Shown here piece by piece: positions 1 through 7,679 of a stretch of DNA of 20,000 bases. A program made the position numbers and the translations under genes. Every line of letters begins with the position of its first letter. Position 1 is the first letter of the stretch. Source of the stretch: an uncultured virus (IMG/VR IMGVR_UViG_3300029448_000012) (Duplodnaviria > Heunggongvirae > Uroviricota > Caudoviricetes); IMG/VR virus record IMGVR_UViG_3300029448_000012. One strand, given 5' to 3'. The notes under the pieces were generated by a model. The model was not told the origin of the DNA. It saw only the letters and a program-made list of their open reading frames with translations, and did no database searches.

Positions 1-1
1 G

Positions 2-562
2 GCTAACATTCGTAAAAGACGAGCAGCAGGTAAGCCAAAACTTAAACCTGGGCAAAAGGGATATCCTAAGACGTTGAATATCGGCGAAAAGGATAATCCA
101 CGTATTCCTCGTAAAAAGGGTCAGCCTGCAAATTCTAAGAAGCATAGTGATTTATATACAGACGAGAATCCAAAAGGTACTATCAAGGGTCTTGGTTTTA
201 AAGATGTTGAAACTGCAAAAGCAAGTGTAGCAAAAATAAAAAAATCGGGTAAGACTCATGCTCATAAAATACAAGCAGCAATTGCAATGGAACAACGTGC
301 TAGAGTAATGGGCAAGACAGCAGAAGCTGCAGTTTATAGAAAGTATATAAACGCTATGAAAAAGAAAACTAAAGAAATGAATAAGGAAGAGATTACGACA
401 ACTGCATCTATTCCTAATCCGGCTCAAACAGCAATGGGACCGACTGGAAAAGGTATGGTATCATATGTCACTGATCGACGTCGTAAGAAAAAAGAACGTT
501 CTATTATGCTTAAGCGATTTAGAGATTACATGAAAGAAAAAGGCATTATTGAAGATGCTTAG
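2..562 (+). CDS. 5'-truncated basic hypothetical phage protein (possible internal head protein)
   Basis: Frame is open from position 2 (ANIRKRRAAGKPKLKPGQKGYPKTLNIGE...), so the TTG at 74 is probably not the start. Lys-rich, contains HSDLYTDENPKGTIKGLGFKD. Stop at 560-562 overlaps the next gene. Confidence 0.7.
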   Translation, partial: ANIRKRRAAGKPKLKPGQKGYPKTLNIGEKDNPRIPRKKGQPANSKKHSDLYTDENPKGTIKGLGFKDVETAKASVAKIKKSGKTHAHKIQAAIAMEQRARVMGKTAEAAVYRKYINAMKKKTKEMNKEEITTTASIPNPAQTAMGPTGKGMVSYVTDRRRKKKERSIMLKRFRDYMKEKGIIEDA

Positions 563-1058
563 AGTTTATATTTTAATTGTAGTAGTCATGGCTGTTGCCG
601 GTATCGGTTACGGCGCCAAATATTACTATGACACAACTCAAGCAACTATTGCTACTCTCCGAGAAAATAATGCAAAACTAGAAGGTGCGGTAAAAACTGC
701 AGAAGCAAGTCTTGCACTTCTTCAAGACAATATAGTTAAATTGTCCAAACTAAATAAAAATCTTCAGGCCGATCTTCAAAAGGCAGAGGCCTATGGAGAC
801 GAATTACGTGTCAAATTGAATAGACTAAACCTTGTACAAGAAGCACTAAGAGATGCTAAAGTGTTAGAAGGAAAAATGAATGGTGCAACTGCAAAACTTT
901 GGCGTAACCTCATGGACGATACTGGTAATCCTAATGAGTATGATCTTCCTAGCTGGCTGCAGCCGCTTCCAGCCGGAACCGGAGATCAAAATAGTGACGA
1001 AAGTGGAGAAGGTTCAGATACCGACAGTATCGAGGCCGAAACCTCTTCAACTAACTGA
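549..1058 (+). CDS. Putative inner-membrane spanin (Rz-like)
   Basis: Single N-terminal TM helix (VYILIVVVMAVAGIGYG) followed by a long heptad coiled coil. Overlapped at its 3' end by a lipoprotein gene in another frame. Start may be ATG 555. Confidence 0.65.
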   Translation: MKMLRVYILIVVVMAVAGIGYGAKYYYDTTQATIATLRENNAKLEGAVKTAEASLALLQDNIVKLSKLNKNLQADLQKAEAYGDELRVKLNRLNLVQEALRDAKVLEGKMNGATAKLWRNLMDDTGNPNEYDLPSWLQPLPAGTGDQNSDESGEGSDTDSIEAETSSTN

Positions 1059-1308
1059 TACTCGTGTCTTTGTAGTTACGGAACAAACACTTGAAAAATT
1101 TATTGCCGAGTTCAAAGAGATCAACGGTGAAGTAGCATTTGTAGCTCTCTCAATGAAAGACTACCAAAACTTAGCACTTAATATCGCAGAATTAAGAAGA
1201 TATATCGATCAACAAACGCAAATTATAGTTTACTATGAGAATGCAGTGACTGATGAACCAACACAGGAGAATGGTCAAGATGGAACTGAATCTCAATCTA
1301 GCAAATAA
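880..1308 (+). CDS. Putative outer-membrane lipoprotein spanin (Rz1-like)
   Basis: Hydrophobic signal ending in lipobox LAG-C (Cys codon 958-960), then a Pro-containing segment (QPEPE...IPTVSRPKP). Overlaps the upstream gene by 179 nt. Confidence 0.7.
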   Translation: MVQLQNFGVTSWTILVILMSMIFLAGCSRFQPEPEIKIVTKVEKVQIPTVSRPKPLQLTDTRVFVVTEQTLEKFIAEFKEINGEVAFVALSMKDYQNLALNIAELRRYIDQQTQIIVYYENAVTDEPTQENGQDGTESQSSK

Positions 1309-1996
1309 ACTAGCTCGATGCGCAGACTTAGCGTATAAAGACCAAGATGCTCTCGAAGGTTTTGAAGAATTAGGATACACAAAACATATATTTCTTGAGA
1401 GAGAAGAAGCACAATGTCACGTTGTTTGGAACAAAAAAGAAATAGTTGTTGCTTTTCGTGGCACGGAACCTGATCAAATATCTGATATTTTAGCAGACTT
1501 AAAAGCATGGCCAAGAAAATCCATGACTGATGGTTGGGTACATGCTGGATTTCGAGAAGAACTTAATAAACTCTGGGGTCTGGTAAAAATAATTATAAAA
1601 GATTTTCCAGAAAAAACGCTGTACATTTGTGGACATTCTCTTGGTGCTGCAATGGCAACCATATGTGCTTCTCGTGCTGAAGAGTTTAGACCAGTTGATG
1701 GTCTTTATACCTATGGATCACCACGTGTTGGCACAAGATCTTTTGTCAAAGGAATTAAAACTCGGCATTGGAGATTTGTAAATAACAATGATGTTGTTAC
1801 TCGTGTTCCACTAGCGCTGATGGGTTATAAACATCATGGTCAGTTGGTTTATATCAATCACTATGGTAAAATTCGTAAAATGACAATGTGGCAAAGAATT
1901 AAAGATAAGTGGAGAGGATGGAGGTCAGGACTTCTTGACGGCGTACAAGATCACGATATGCCTAACTACGTTAGTTACACAATCAAGGAGAATTAA
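1280..1996 (+). CDS. Lipase class 3 (alpha/beta hydrolase, possible phospholipase)
   Basis: Motifs VAFRGT, GHSLGAA (nucleophile elbow), YTYGSPRVG, RFVNNNDVVTRVP (catalytic Asp), GYKHHG and C-terminal DH. AGGAG at 1265-1269 favours ATG 1280 over 1253. Confidence 0.9.
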   Translation: MELNLNLANKLARCADLAYKDQDALEGFEELGYTKHIFLEREEAQCHVVWNKKEIVVAFRGTEPDQISDILADLKAWPRKSMTDGWVHAGFREELNKLWGLVKIIIKDFPEKTLYICGHSLGAAMATICASRAEEFRPVDGLYTYGSPRVGTRSFVKGIKTRHWRFVNNNDVVTRVPLALMGYKHHGQLVYINHYGKIRKMTMWQRIKDKWRGWRSGLLDGVQDHDMPNYVSYTIKEN

Positions 1997-2278
1997 ATGA
2001 TCGAAAGAATGTTTGATGATACGCTGTGGATATATACAGCTATAGCAGGTTCTCTTCTTGGTGCGGCATTTCTTGCGTATTTCAAAGATACAAAAGCTGG
2101 TTTATGGTGTTATGCTAAGTTAGATCAATTCCTTGATTATCTTGTAAAAAGATGGGGATGGACTTGGTTCGAACAGCCAGCAGATGCATGGAGAAAAAAG
2201 TATCCGTATGTCACTAAAAAAATCGATGAACTCGAAAACAGGATAAAGGAGCTAGAAGATGAATTGGCTAAAAAGTAA
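1997..2278 (+). CDS. Small membrane protein (N-terminal TM, C-terminal coiled coil); holin/antiholin candidate
   Basis: AAGGAG RBS at 1985-1990; TM LWIYTAIAGSLLGAAFLAYF; lies in the lysis-like cluster. Function inferred only. Confidence 0.7.
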   Translation: MIERMFDDTLWIYTAIAGSLLGAAFLAYFKDTKAGLWCYAKLDQFLDYLVKRWGWTWFEQPADAWRKKYPYVTKKIDELENRIKELEDELAKK

Positions 2279-2408
2279 ATTTACTCAAAGTAATACATAT
2301 GAAGGAGCTGTTATTTTAGCAGCAGGTGTAATGATGGTTGTAGCACCACTCAACCTCATTGCTTACGGCATGGTCATCTATGGTGCAATTAAAATTATAA
2401 AGGATTAG
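2259..2408 (+). CDS. 49-aa hydrophobic membrane protein, holin candidate (absent from ORF track)
   Basis: MNWLKSKFTQSNTYEGAVILAAGVMMVVAPLNLIAYGMVIYGAIKIIKD*; AAGGAG at 2246-2251, 7 nt before ATG; fills the gap between neighbouring genes. Confidence 0.75.
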   Translation: MNWLKSKFTQSNTYEGAVILAAGVMMVVAPLNLIAYGMVIYGAIKIIKD

Positions 2409-2410
2409 TT

Positions 2411-2608
2411 ATGAGAGACATTCTTATCGAAGCATTCAAAACGCACGCTAAAGGACATATTGATAAACATATTGCCAATGTAGAAGTGTATCTACACAAT
2501 CCAGCTGGCATTGGCGAGCATTCAGATATTATGGAAGCAATTGAACAAGAAATTGAAGAAATTGCAAAATATAATGATCAACTTGAAATGATGGAAAAGT
2601 ATTTTTAA
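2411..2608 (+). CDS. Hypothetical phage protein (65 aa, NPAGIGEH motif)
   Basis: Clean ORF starting 2 nt after the previous stop; resembles small helical proteins common in marine myophages. Confidence 0.75.
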   Translation: MRDILIEAFKTHAKGHIDKHIANVEVYLHNPAGIGEHSDIMEAIEQEIEEIAKYNDQLEMMEKYF

Positions 2609-2638
2609 GATATCAGTAATATTGTTTCACATTTTTTG

Positions 2639-2668
2639 GTTTACAAAAACTAAAAAATGATATATAAT
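2639..2668 (+). promoter_or_regulatory. T4-type early/sigma70 promoter for the RNR operon
   Basis: GTTTACA (2639-2645), 17-nt spacer, TATAAT (2663-2668); T-tract upstream; AGGAG RBS before ATG 2706. Confidence 0.8.
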
Positions 2669-2705
2669 AATTCCATATAAAAAAATCAAAACCAGGAGAA
2701 TATCA

Positions 2706-4922
2706 ATGGCAACAGCTCATGTTGACACAAGGCAGTTTTTGTCTCAAACTAAATTTTACGAAGGATATTCTCGTTTCAAAGATGAAGAAAATAGATATGA
2801 ATCTTGGGACGAGGCTGTCGATAGAGTTATCGGCATGCATTCAGAAAATTATAAAGAAAAAGGCAACGAGTTAGAGCCATATCTAGAAGAAGCAAGGGAA
2901 GCTTACAAAGAGCAACGCGTACTTGCAGCTCAGCGATCTCTCCAGTTTGGTGGTGAACAGCTACTTAAACACCAAATGCGTATGTATAACTGTACGTCAT
3001 CTTATGCTGATCGTCCAGAGTTTTTCGGCGAAGTATTTTATATTCTTTTGTGTGGTGCAGGTGCTGGTTTTTCTGTGCAAAAACATCATATTGCTAAAAT
3101 GCCACAGATTGCAAACCGTACGAAACAGGCAAAAGGTTATATCGTAGAAGATTCAATTGAAGGTTGGGCATCGGCTCTAGATGTGTTAATGTCATCATAC
3201 TTTGTTGGTGGTGGTAAACATCCAGAATTTGAAGGTCGACGTGTATTCTTTGATCTTTCTAATATTCGTCCTCGAGGTGCTAAGATTTCTGGTGGATTTA
3301 AAGCTCCTGGTCCAGAAGGTCTTCGTCGTTCTCTTGATAAGATTGAACACATGCTTCAGTCTATCGTCATTGATCAAAAGAAACCGATCGATCTCAAGCC
3401 GATTAACGTGTATGACATTACCATGCATGCAGCTGATGCTGTTCTCTCTGGTGGCGTGCGTCGTTCTGCTACAATTTGTTTGTTCTCACCTGATGATGAA
3501 GAGATGATGACTGCAAAGACTGGTAATTGGTTTATTGACAATCCACAACGTGGTCGTTCTAATAACTCTGCGGTTATCGTTCGTGATGAAGCTGATAAAG
3601 AACAATTTGCTAAATTGATGGAATCAGTTAAATCATTTGGTGAACCAGGTTTTGTTTTTGTTGAATCAAAAGAGCATACAACTAACCCATGTGTTGAGAT
3701 TGGTATGTATCCACAGATTGATGGCGAATCTGGCTGGCAAGGTTGTAACCTTACCGAAATCAATGGTGGTATGTGTAAGACAGAAGAAGACTTTTATAAA
3801 GCATGCCGAGCTGCAGCCATCCTTGGTACAGTACAGGCTGGTTATACAGACTTTAAATTCTTATCATCAACATCAAAAAAAATCTTTGACCGTGAAGCAC
3901 TTCTTGGTGTTTCTATTACTGGATGGATGAATCAACCTGAAATCCTTTTTAATCCAAAAGTCTTGGAAAATGGAGCCAAGATTGTCAAAGAAGTTAATAA
4001 AGAAGTCGCAGCCATTATTGGTATTAATCCTGCCGCTCGGACTACTTGTGTTAAGCCTAGCGGAAACGCATCCGTCTTACTGCAAACCGCTTCTGGTATC
4101 CATGCTGAACACTCAGATATGTACATCAGAAACGTCCAAATGAATAAAGAATCTGAAATTACACAGGCAATCATTAAGTCAAATCCGTATATGGTAGAAG
4201 ACTCTGTATGGTCAGCATCAGGTACTGACGTTGTTGTTTCTTTCCCGATTATTCCACATAAGGGTTCTATTCTTAAGGATGATCTTCTTGGTGTAACACA
4301 CCTTGAAAAAGTTAAGATGGCTCAAAAACATTGGGTTGTAGCTGGCACAAATGAAGAACTTTGTGCAGACAAAGGCATTCGTCACAACGTATCAAATACA
4401 ATCATTGTTGATGACTGGAATGAAGTCGAAGAATATGTCTTTAAAAATCGTCATTCGTTTGCAGGTATTTCATTTCTGTCAATGAGTGGTGATAAAGACT
4501 ATAATCAGGCTCCAAACACTGCAGTTATAAATGCTAAAAAGATGGTTAAAAAATATGATGAAGCAGCAATCTTTGCCTCCGGTCTAGTAGTTGATGCGCT
4601 CAAAGCATATAATAACCTTTGGGATGCATGTTCTACTGCACAGGGTTATGGTATCGATATTTCTCTTGAGTCTGCAGAAAACTTTGCACGGGCTGACTGG
4701 AATCGCCGATTCGAAAACTTTGCAAAAAACTATCTTGACGGTGACATGAAAATGGCTGAACATTGTCTTAAAGATTCTTATTTGCTTCATAGGTGGAATA
4801 AAATTCAAGCAAATCTTAAGCCAGTTGATTGGAAAGACGGTTTAACTGCAAAGGTGTACACCGACGTTGATACTATTGGTTCTGCAGCATGTGTTGGCGG
4901 AGCGTGTGAAATTGACTTTTAG
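2706..4922 (+). CDS. nrdJ: Class II adenosylcobalamin-dependent ribonucleotide reductase, monomeric RTPR type
   Basis: Motifs YNCT, GAGFSV, DSIEGW, FDLSNIRPRG..I.GG..APGP, GGVRRSA, SNNS, GEPG, NPCVEI (thiyl Cys), GCNLTE, CVKPSGN, and C-terminal CVGGAC redox pair. No beta-subunit gene follows. Confidence 0.9.
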   Translation: MATAHVDTRQFLSQTKFYEGYSRFKDEENRYESWDEAVDRVIGMHSENYKEKGNELEPYLEEAREAYKEQRVLAAQRSLQFGGEQLLKHQMRMYNCTSSYADRPEFFGEVFYILLCGAGAGFSVQKHHIAKMPQIANRTKQAKGYIVEDSIEGWASALDVLMSSYFVGGGKHPEFEGRRVFFDLSNIRPRGAKISGGFKAPGPEGLRRSLDKIEHMLQSIVIDQKKPIDLKPINVYDITMHAADAVLSGGVRRSATICLFSPDDEEMMTAKTGNWFIDNPQRGRSNNSAVIVRDEADKEQFAKLMESVKSFGEPGFVFVESKEHTTNPCVEIGMYPQIDGESGWQGCNLTEINGGMCKTEEDFYKACRAAAILGTVQAGYTDFKFLSSTSKKIFDREALLGVSITGWMNQPEILFNPKVLENGAKIVKEVNKEVAAIIGINPAARTTCVKPSGNASVLLQTASGIHAEHSDMYIRNVQMNKESEITQAIIKSNPYMVEDSVWSASGTDVVVSFPIIPHKGSILKDDLLGVTHLEKVKMAQKHWVVAGTNEELCADKGIRHNVSNTIIVDDWNEVEEYVFKNRHSFAGISFLSMSGDKDYNQAPNTAVINAKKMVKKYDEAAIFASGLVVDALKAYNNLWDACSTAQGYGIDISLESAENFARADWNRRFENFAKNYLDGDMKMAEHCLKDSYLLHRWNKIQANLKPVDWKDGLTAKVYTDVDTIGSAACVGGACEIDF

Positions 4923-5496
4923 AAGAATATTTTTAGATGTTGGAGCAAATGTAGGTCAAAACATTCTTAATTTCAAAAAATTATACGGTGATGATTATGA
5001 AAATTATGAAATATTTGCCTTTGAACCACACCCTGATAATTTTTTATATCTAAAACAAAAATTTGAAGTTAATCCAAAAGTAACACTTTTTCAGGCTGGT
5101 GTATCTAACGTAGATGGAGAAAAAAAATTATACCTCGGATCTTCTAAAAGTCATACGTTTAGAGAAGATAAGTCAACTTTCATGTTGACAAAAGATCCAA
5201 TAAAAGTAAAATCTATAAATTTGTCTAAATGGATAAAAAATAATTTTATAAAAAACGATGAAATTATTTTATATTTAGACATTGAAGGTGAAGAATATGC
5301 TGTCTTACAAGAAATGATTGATGACAATATATTAGATTGGATTGATGAATTATATGTAGAATTTCATGAAAAAAAATTAAACAATTTAGATGAAAAACAA
5401 CATGATCACATAATGCAAACTCTAATCAACACACTTAAAGATAAAGTTTACATTCACGCAAAATACCAAGAAAAACTTTATGAAAGACTAGGTTAG
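4906..5496 (+). CDS. FkbM-family SAM-dependent methyltransferase
   Basis: IFLDVGANVG, FAFEPHP, LDIEGEEY, VEFH motifs. Start uncertain (GTG 4906 or TTG 4912 after GGAG 4899-4902). Confidence 0.85.
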   Translation: MKLTFRRIFLDVGANVGQNILNFKKLYGDDYENYEIFAFEPHPDNFLYLKQKFEVNPKVTLFQAGVSNVDGEKKLYLGSSKSHTFREDKSTFMLTKDPIKVKSINLSKWIKNNFIKNDEIILYLDIEGEEYAVLQEMIDDNILDWIDELYVEFHEKKLNNLDEKQHDHIMQTLINTLKDKVYIHAKYQEKLYERLG

Positions 5497-5505
5497 GAAA
5501 AGTTA

Positions 5506-5661
5506 ATGAACGAGTATCAAATCGAATGTCACGGATGTGATGATGAAATGGTAGTAATATGTGGTTCAGATATTCCAACTTTCTGTCCACTTTGTGGAAG
5601 CGATGATCTAGTAATCATCAAACGTGAAACAGCTTTTGAAGATTGGGATGAAGACGAGTAA
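5506..5661 (+). CDS. Small zinc-ribbon protein (51 aa; absent from ORF track)
   Basis: MNEYQIECHGCDDEMVVICGSDIPTFCPLCGSDDLV...; CxxC plus CPxCG, acidic tail; AGGA upstream. Confidence 0.8.
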   Translation: MNEYQIECHGCDDEMVVICGSDIPTFCPLCGSDDLVIIKRETAFEDWDEDE

Positions 5662-5672
5662 TATATACTCGT

Positions 5673-6074
5673 ATGTGGTATTATAAAGGCAAAGAATTTA
5701 ATGAAACACCAGAAGAGTATCAAGGATTTGTTTATGAAATTACCGAGTTGCGAACTGGGAAAAAGTATATTGGAAAGAAAAATTTCTGGCGTCCAAAAAC
5801 TCTTCCTAAAAATAGCAAACGATCTCGACGAGTTAAAACAAAAGTTGAATCAGACTGGAGATCCTACTATGGATCAAACGTGGAATTACAAAGACTCGTC
5901 GAAGAATCAGGATCAGACGCATATAAAAGGGTAATTCTTCGTCTTTGTAAAACTAAAGGTGAGATGTCTTATTTTGAAGCAAAAGAACAATTTGAAAAAG
6001 ATGTTCTCTTGAGCGATAATTATTATAATGAATTTATAGGATGTAAGATACATTCTAAACATTTAAAGATATAA
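5673..6074 (+). CDS. denA: GIY-YIG nuclease, T4 endonuclease II-like
   Basis: GFVYEIT...KKYIGKK, W..YYGS, YFEAKEQF, YYN motifs; 133 aa standalone domain located after the RNR. Confidence 0.8.
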   Translation: MWYYKGKEFNETPEEYQGFVYEITELRTGKKYIGKKNFWRPKTLPKNSKRSRRVKTKVESDWRSYYGSNVELQRLVEESGSDAYKRVILRLCKTKGEMSYFEAKEQFEKDVLLSDNYYNEFIGCKIHSKHLKI

Positions 6075-6077
6075 ATA
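6070..6077 (+). promoter_or_regulatory. T4-type late promoter TATAAATA
   Basis: Exact consensus overlapping the upstream stop codon, 16 nt before ATG 6094 (GGTG RBS in between). Confidence 0.65.
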
Positions 6078-6093
6078 AAATCATGGTGGTGAT

Positions 6094-6504
6094 ATGCTAG
6101 TATATGAAGTACTTGAAAAAGTCAGAAAAGCTCGATCAAAAGAGCAGAAAATCAAGATTCTAAAACAAAATGAAACGTGGGCATTGAAAGATATCTTACG
6201 TGGCACGTTTGACTCTACAGTAGAGTGGAATCTTCCGAGCGGCGAACCTCCGTATAAACCAGCAAAAGAAGACGCACCAACTAATCTTCTCAAAGAACAT
6301 AAGAATTTTGTATACCTCGTAAAAGGATTTCGCGAATCTAATCGTTTGCATCCGGTAAAGCGCGAGAGTATCTTCATCGGTTTGATCGAGGGAATTCATC
6401 CTAAGGATGCAGAACTCGTTATTGCTATGATAAACAAAACTAAACCTGAAGGCATTAGCCGACCAGTAGTAGAGGAGGCTTTTCCTGGATTACTGCAAGA
6501 CTAG
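6094..6504 (+). CDS. Conserved T4-like phage hypothetical protein (DUF6433-like)
   Basis: EVLEKV...K.EQKIKILK, W.LP.GEPPY, KRE.IFI.LIEGIHP.DAELVI motifs recalled from marine T4-like phages. Confidence 0.75.
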   Translation: MLVYEVLEKVRKARSKEQKIKILKQNETWALKDILRGTFDSTVEWNLPSGEPPYKPAKEDAPTNLLKEHKNFVYLVKGFRESNRLHPVKRESIFIGLIEGIHPKDAELVIAMINKTKPEGISRPVVEEAFPGLLQD

Positions 6505-6532
6505 TGTCATCATCTTTAACTGGAGACAATAA

Positions 6533-6685
6533 ATGCCTGCAATTCAACTCGAAAGACTAAAAAACGACATTTCTGAATTAGAAAATTATATTAAAAAACT
6601 AACAAAGAAAGGTCAAATTGATCGAGTTTCAAAACTTCTTGAAAAGAAAACATTCCTAGAAGAAAGGTTAGCAGCTGTAATTTAA
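6533..6685 (+). CDS. 50-aa coiled-coil hypothetical protein (absent from ORF track)
   Basis: MPAIQLERLKNDISELENYIKKLTKKGQIDRVSKLLEKKTFLEERLAAVI*; GGAG RBS at 6522-6525. Confidence 0.75.
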   Translation: MPAIQLERLKNDISELENYIKKLTKKGQIDRVSKLLEKKTFLEERLAAVI

Positions 6686-6687
6686 TT

Positions 6688-6717
6688 GTTTACATTTCCT
6701 CTGTTTAGTGGTATAAT
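6688..6717 (+). promoter_or_regulatory. T4-type early promoter with extended -10
   Basis: GTTTACA (6688-6694), 17-nt spacer, TGnTATAAT (TATAAT 6712-6717). Confidence 0.8.
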
Positions 6718-6748
6718 TATACTATATCATTAAACAGGGGTTTTTTTT
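6698..6748 (+). terminator. 18-bp RNA hairpin plus U8 tract (terminator / RBS-sequestering stem)
   Basis: 6698-6715 CCTCTGTTTAGTGGTATA pairs with 6723-6740 TATATCATTAAACAGGGG (15 Watson-Crick + 3 G-U), 7-nt loop, then T8 directly before ATG 6749. Confidence 0.7.
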
Positions 6749-7306
6749 ATGAATATTTTTATCCTTGATGAATCTCCAGCAGTGTCTGCTATGTGGCAAT
6801 GTGACAAACACGTGCCTAAGATGGTTGTGGAATCCGCTCAAATGCTGTCCACCGCTCATCGTATACTTGATGGTTCGGTAGAAAAACGGCCGTCAAAGTC
6901 TGGTAAGACTATGGTTAAATACTATAAACTTAATGATAGTCGTGAAGATGTCTTTTATAAAGCTGTACACTTTGCTCATCCTTGCACTATATGGACAATG
7001 GAATCTGTAAAAAACTATGAATGGCATTACCAGCATTTTTGGACACTTTGCAAAGAATATACATACAGATATAATAAAATACATAAGACCGAAAGCGTTT
7101 TACTCGAAGCTCTGAAGAAACCACCATACAATATTCCTGATGTTCCTCAGACTCCTTTTAAACTCGCTATGAAATCTAATCCAGAATGTATTGCTCTTGG
7201 CGATCCTATAAAAGCTTATCAAGCATTCTATCAAACGAAACAAGAGCGCTTTAAAATGGTATGGACAAAGCGCGAAAAACCGGAGTGGTTTAATTATGTA
7301 CAATGA
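6749..7306 (+). CDS. Pyrimidine dimer DNA glycosylase / endonuclease V-like protein
   Basis: MNIF.LD..P...A...CDKHV.KM..ESAQMLSTAH, HPCTIW, EYTYRY.K.H motifs. Confidence 0.75.
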   Translation: MNIFILDESPAVSAMWQCDKHVPKMVVESAQMLSTAHRILDGSVEKRPSKSGKTMVKYYKLNDSREDVFYKAVHFAHPCTIWTMESVKNYEWHYQHFWTLCKEYTYRYNKIHKTESVLLEALKKPPYNIPDVPQTPFKLAMKSNPECIALGDPIKAYQAFYQTKQERFKMVWTKREKPEWFNYVQ

Positions 7307-7469
7307 TCTTGACAGAATTATGATTTTACAGGAAGAGATTGCTATTCTTAAATCTCGTCTTGAACCGCATGACACTGGTCATCTACACACCACTATTCAT
7401 GTGCTGAGTGAGCGTGTTGTAGAACTAAGAGAGGAAATCGATGCCCGTTTACACCCTTCGAGATCTTAA
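7296..7469 (+). CDS. 57-aa hypothetical protein (absent from ORF track)
   Basis: MYNDLDRIMILQEEIAILKSRLEPHDTGHLHTTIHVLSERVVELREEIDARLHPSRS*; GGAG upstream; bridges its neighbours with overlaps. Confidence 0.7.
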   Translation: MYNDLDRIMILQEEIAILKSRLEPHDTGHLHTTIHVLSERVVELREEIDARLHPSRS

Positions 7470-7671
7470 AACAAACAATCAGTGGGATGTTAATTGTAGC
7501 TTCGAAGAATTAGAAGTAATTCTGGATGAATTGCCAGACACTGAACGTGTATGGAAACCAAATGCTTTTATTACACAGGCCGGTAGTACACTAAGTAGAA
7601 CCGATACTGATTTTAGAAGCCATTTGAAATCACTTAAAAAGAAATATCCCGGAAGCACTATTAACGATTAG
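7441..7671 (+). CDS. FmdB-like small protein lacking the Cys ligands
   Basis: MPVYT start, GAGGA RBS, C-terminal F...L..LKKKYPGS; positioned upstream of phoH as is usual in marine T4-like phages. Confidence 0.7.
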   Translation: MPVYTLRDLKTNNQWDVNCSFEELEVILDELPDTERVWKPNAFITQAGSTLSRTDTDFRSHLKSLKKKYPGSTIND

Positions 7672-7679
7672 GTATATAC

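Noticed and set aside
2923..4808. Several alternative-frame and antisense ORFs inside the RNR gene
   Set aside because: Shadow ORFs of a long conserved gene, with no recognisable RBS or motifs.
2706..4922. Class I nrdA call, or an intron/intein in the RNR
   Set aside because: Motifs fit class II RTPR and no nrdB is adjacent. The ORF is continuous, of normal length, and shows no intein or LAGLIDADG signatures.
5673..6074. Mobile homing endonuclease (Seg-like)
   Set aside because: Only 133 aa with no C-terminal DNA-binding extension; better fits EndoII/DenA.
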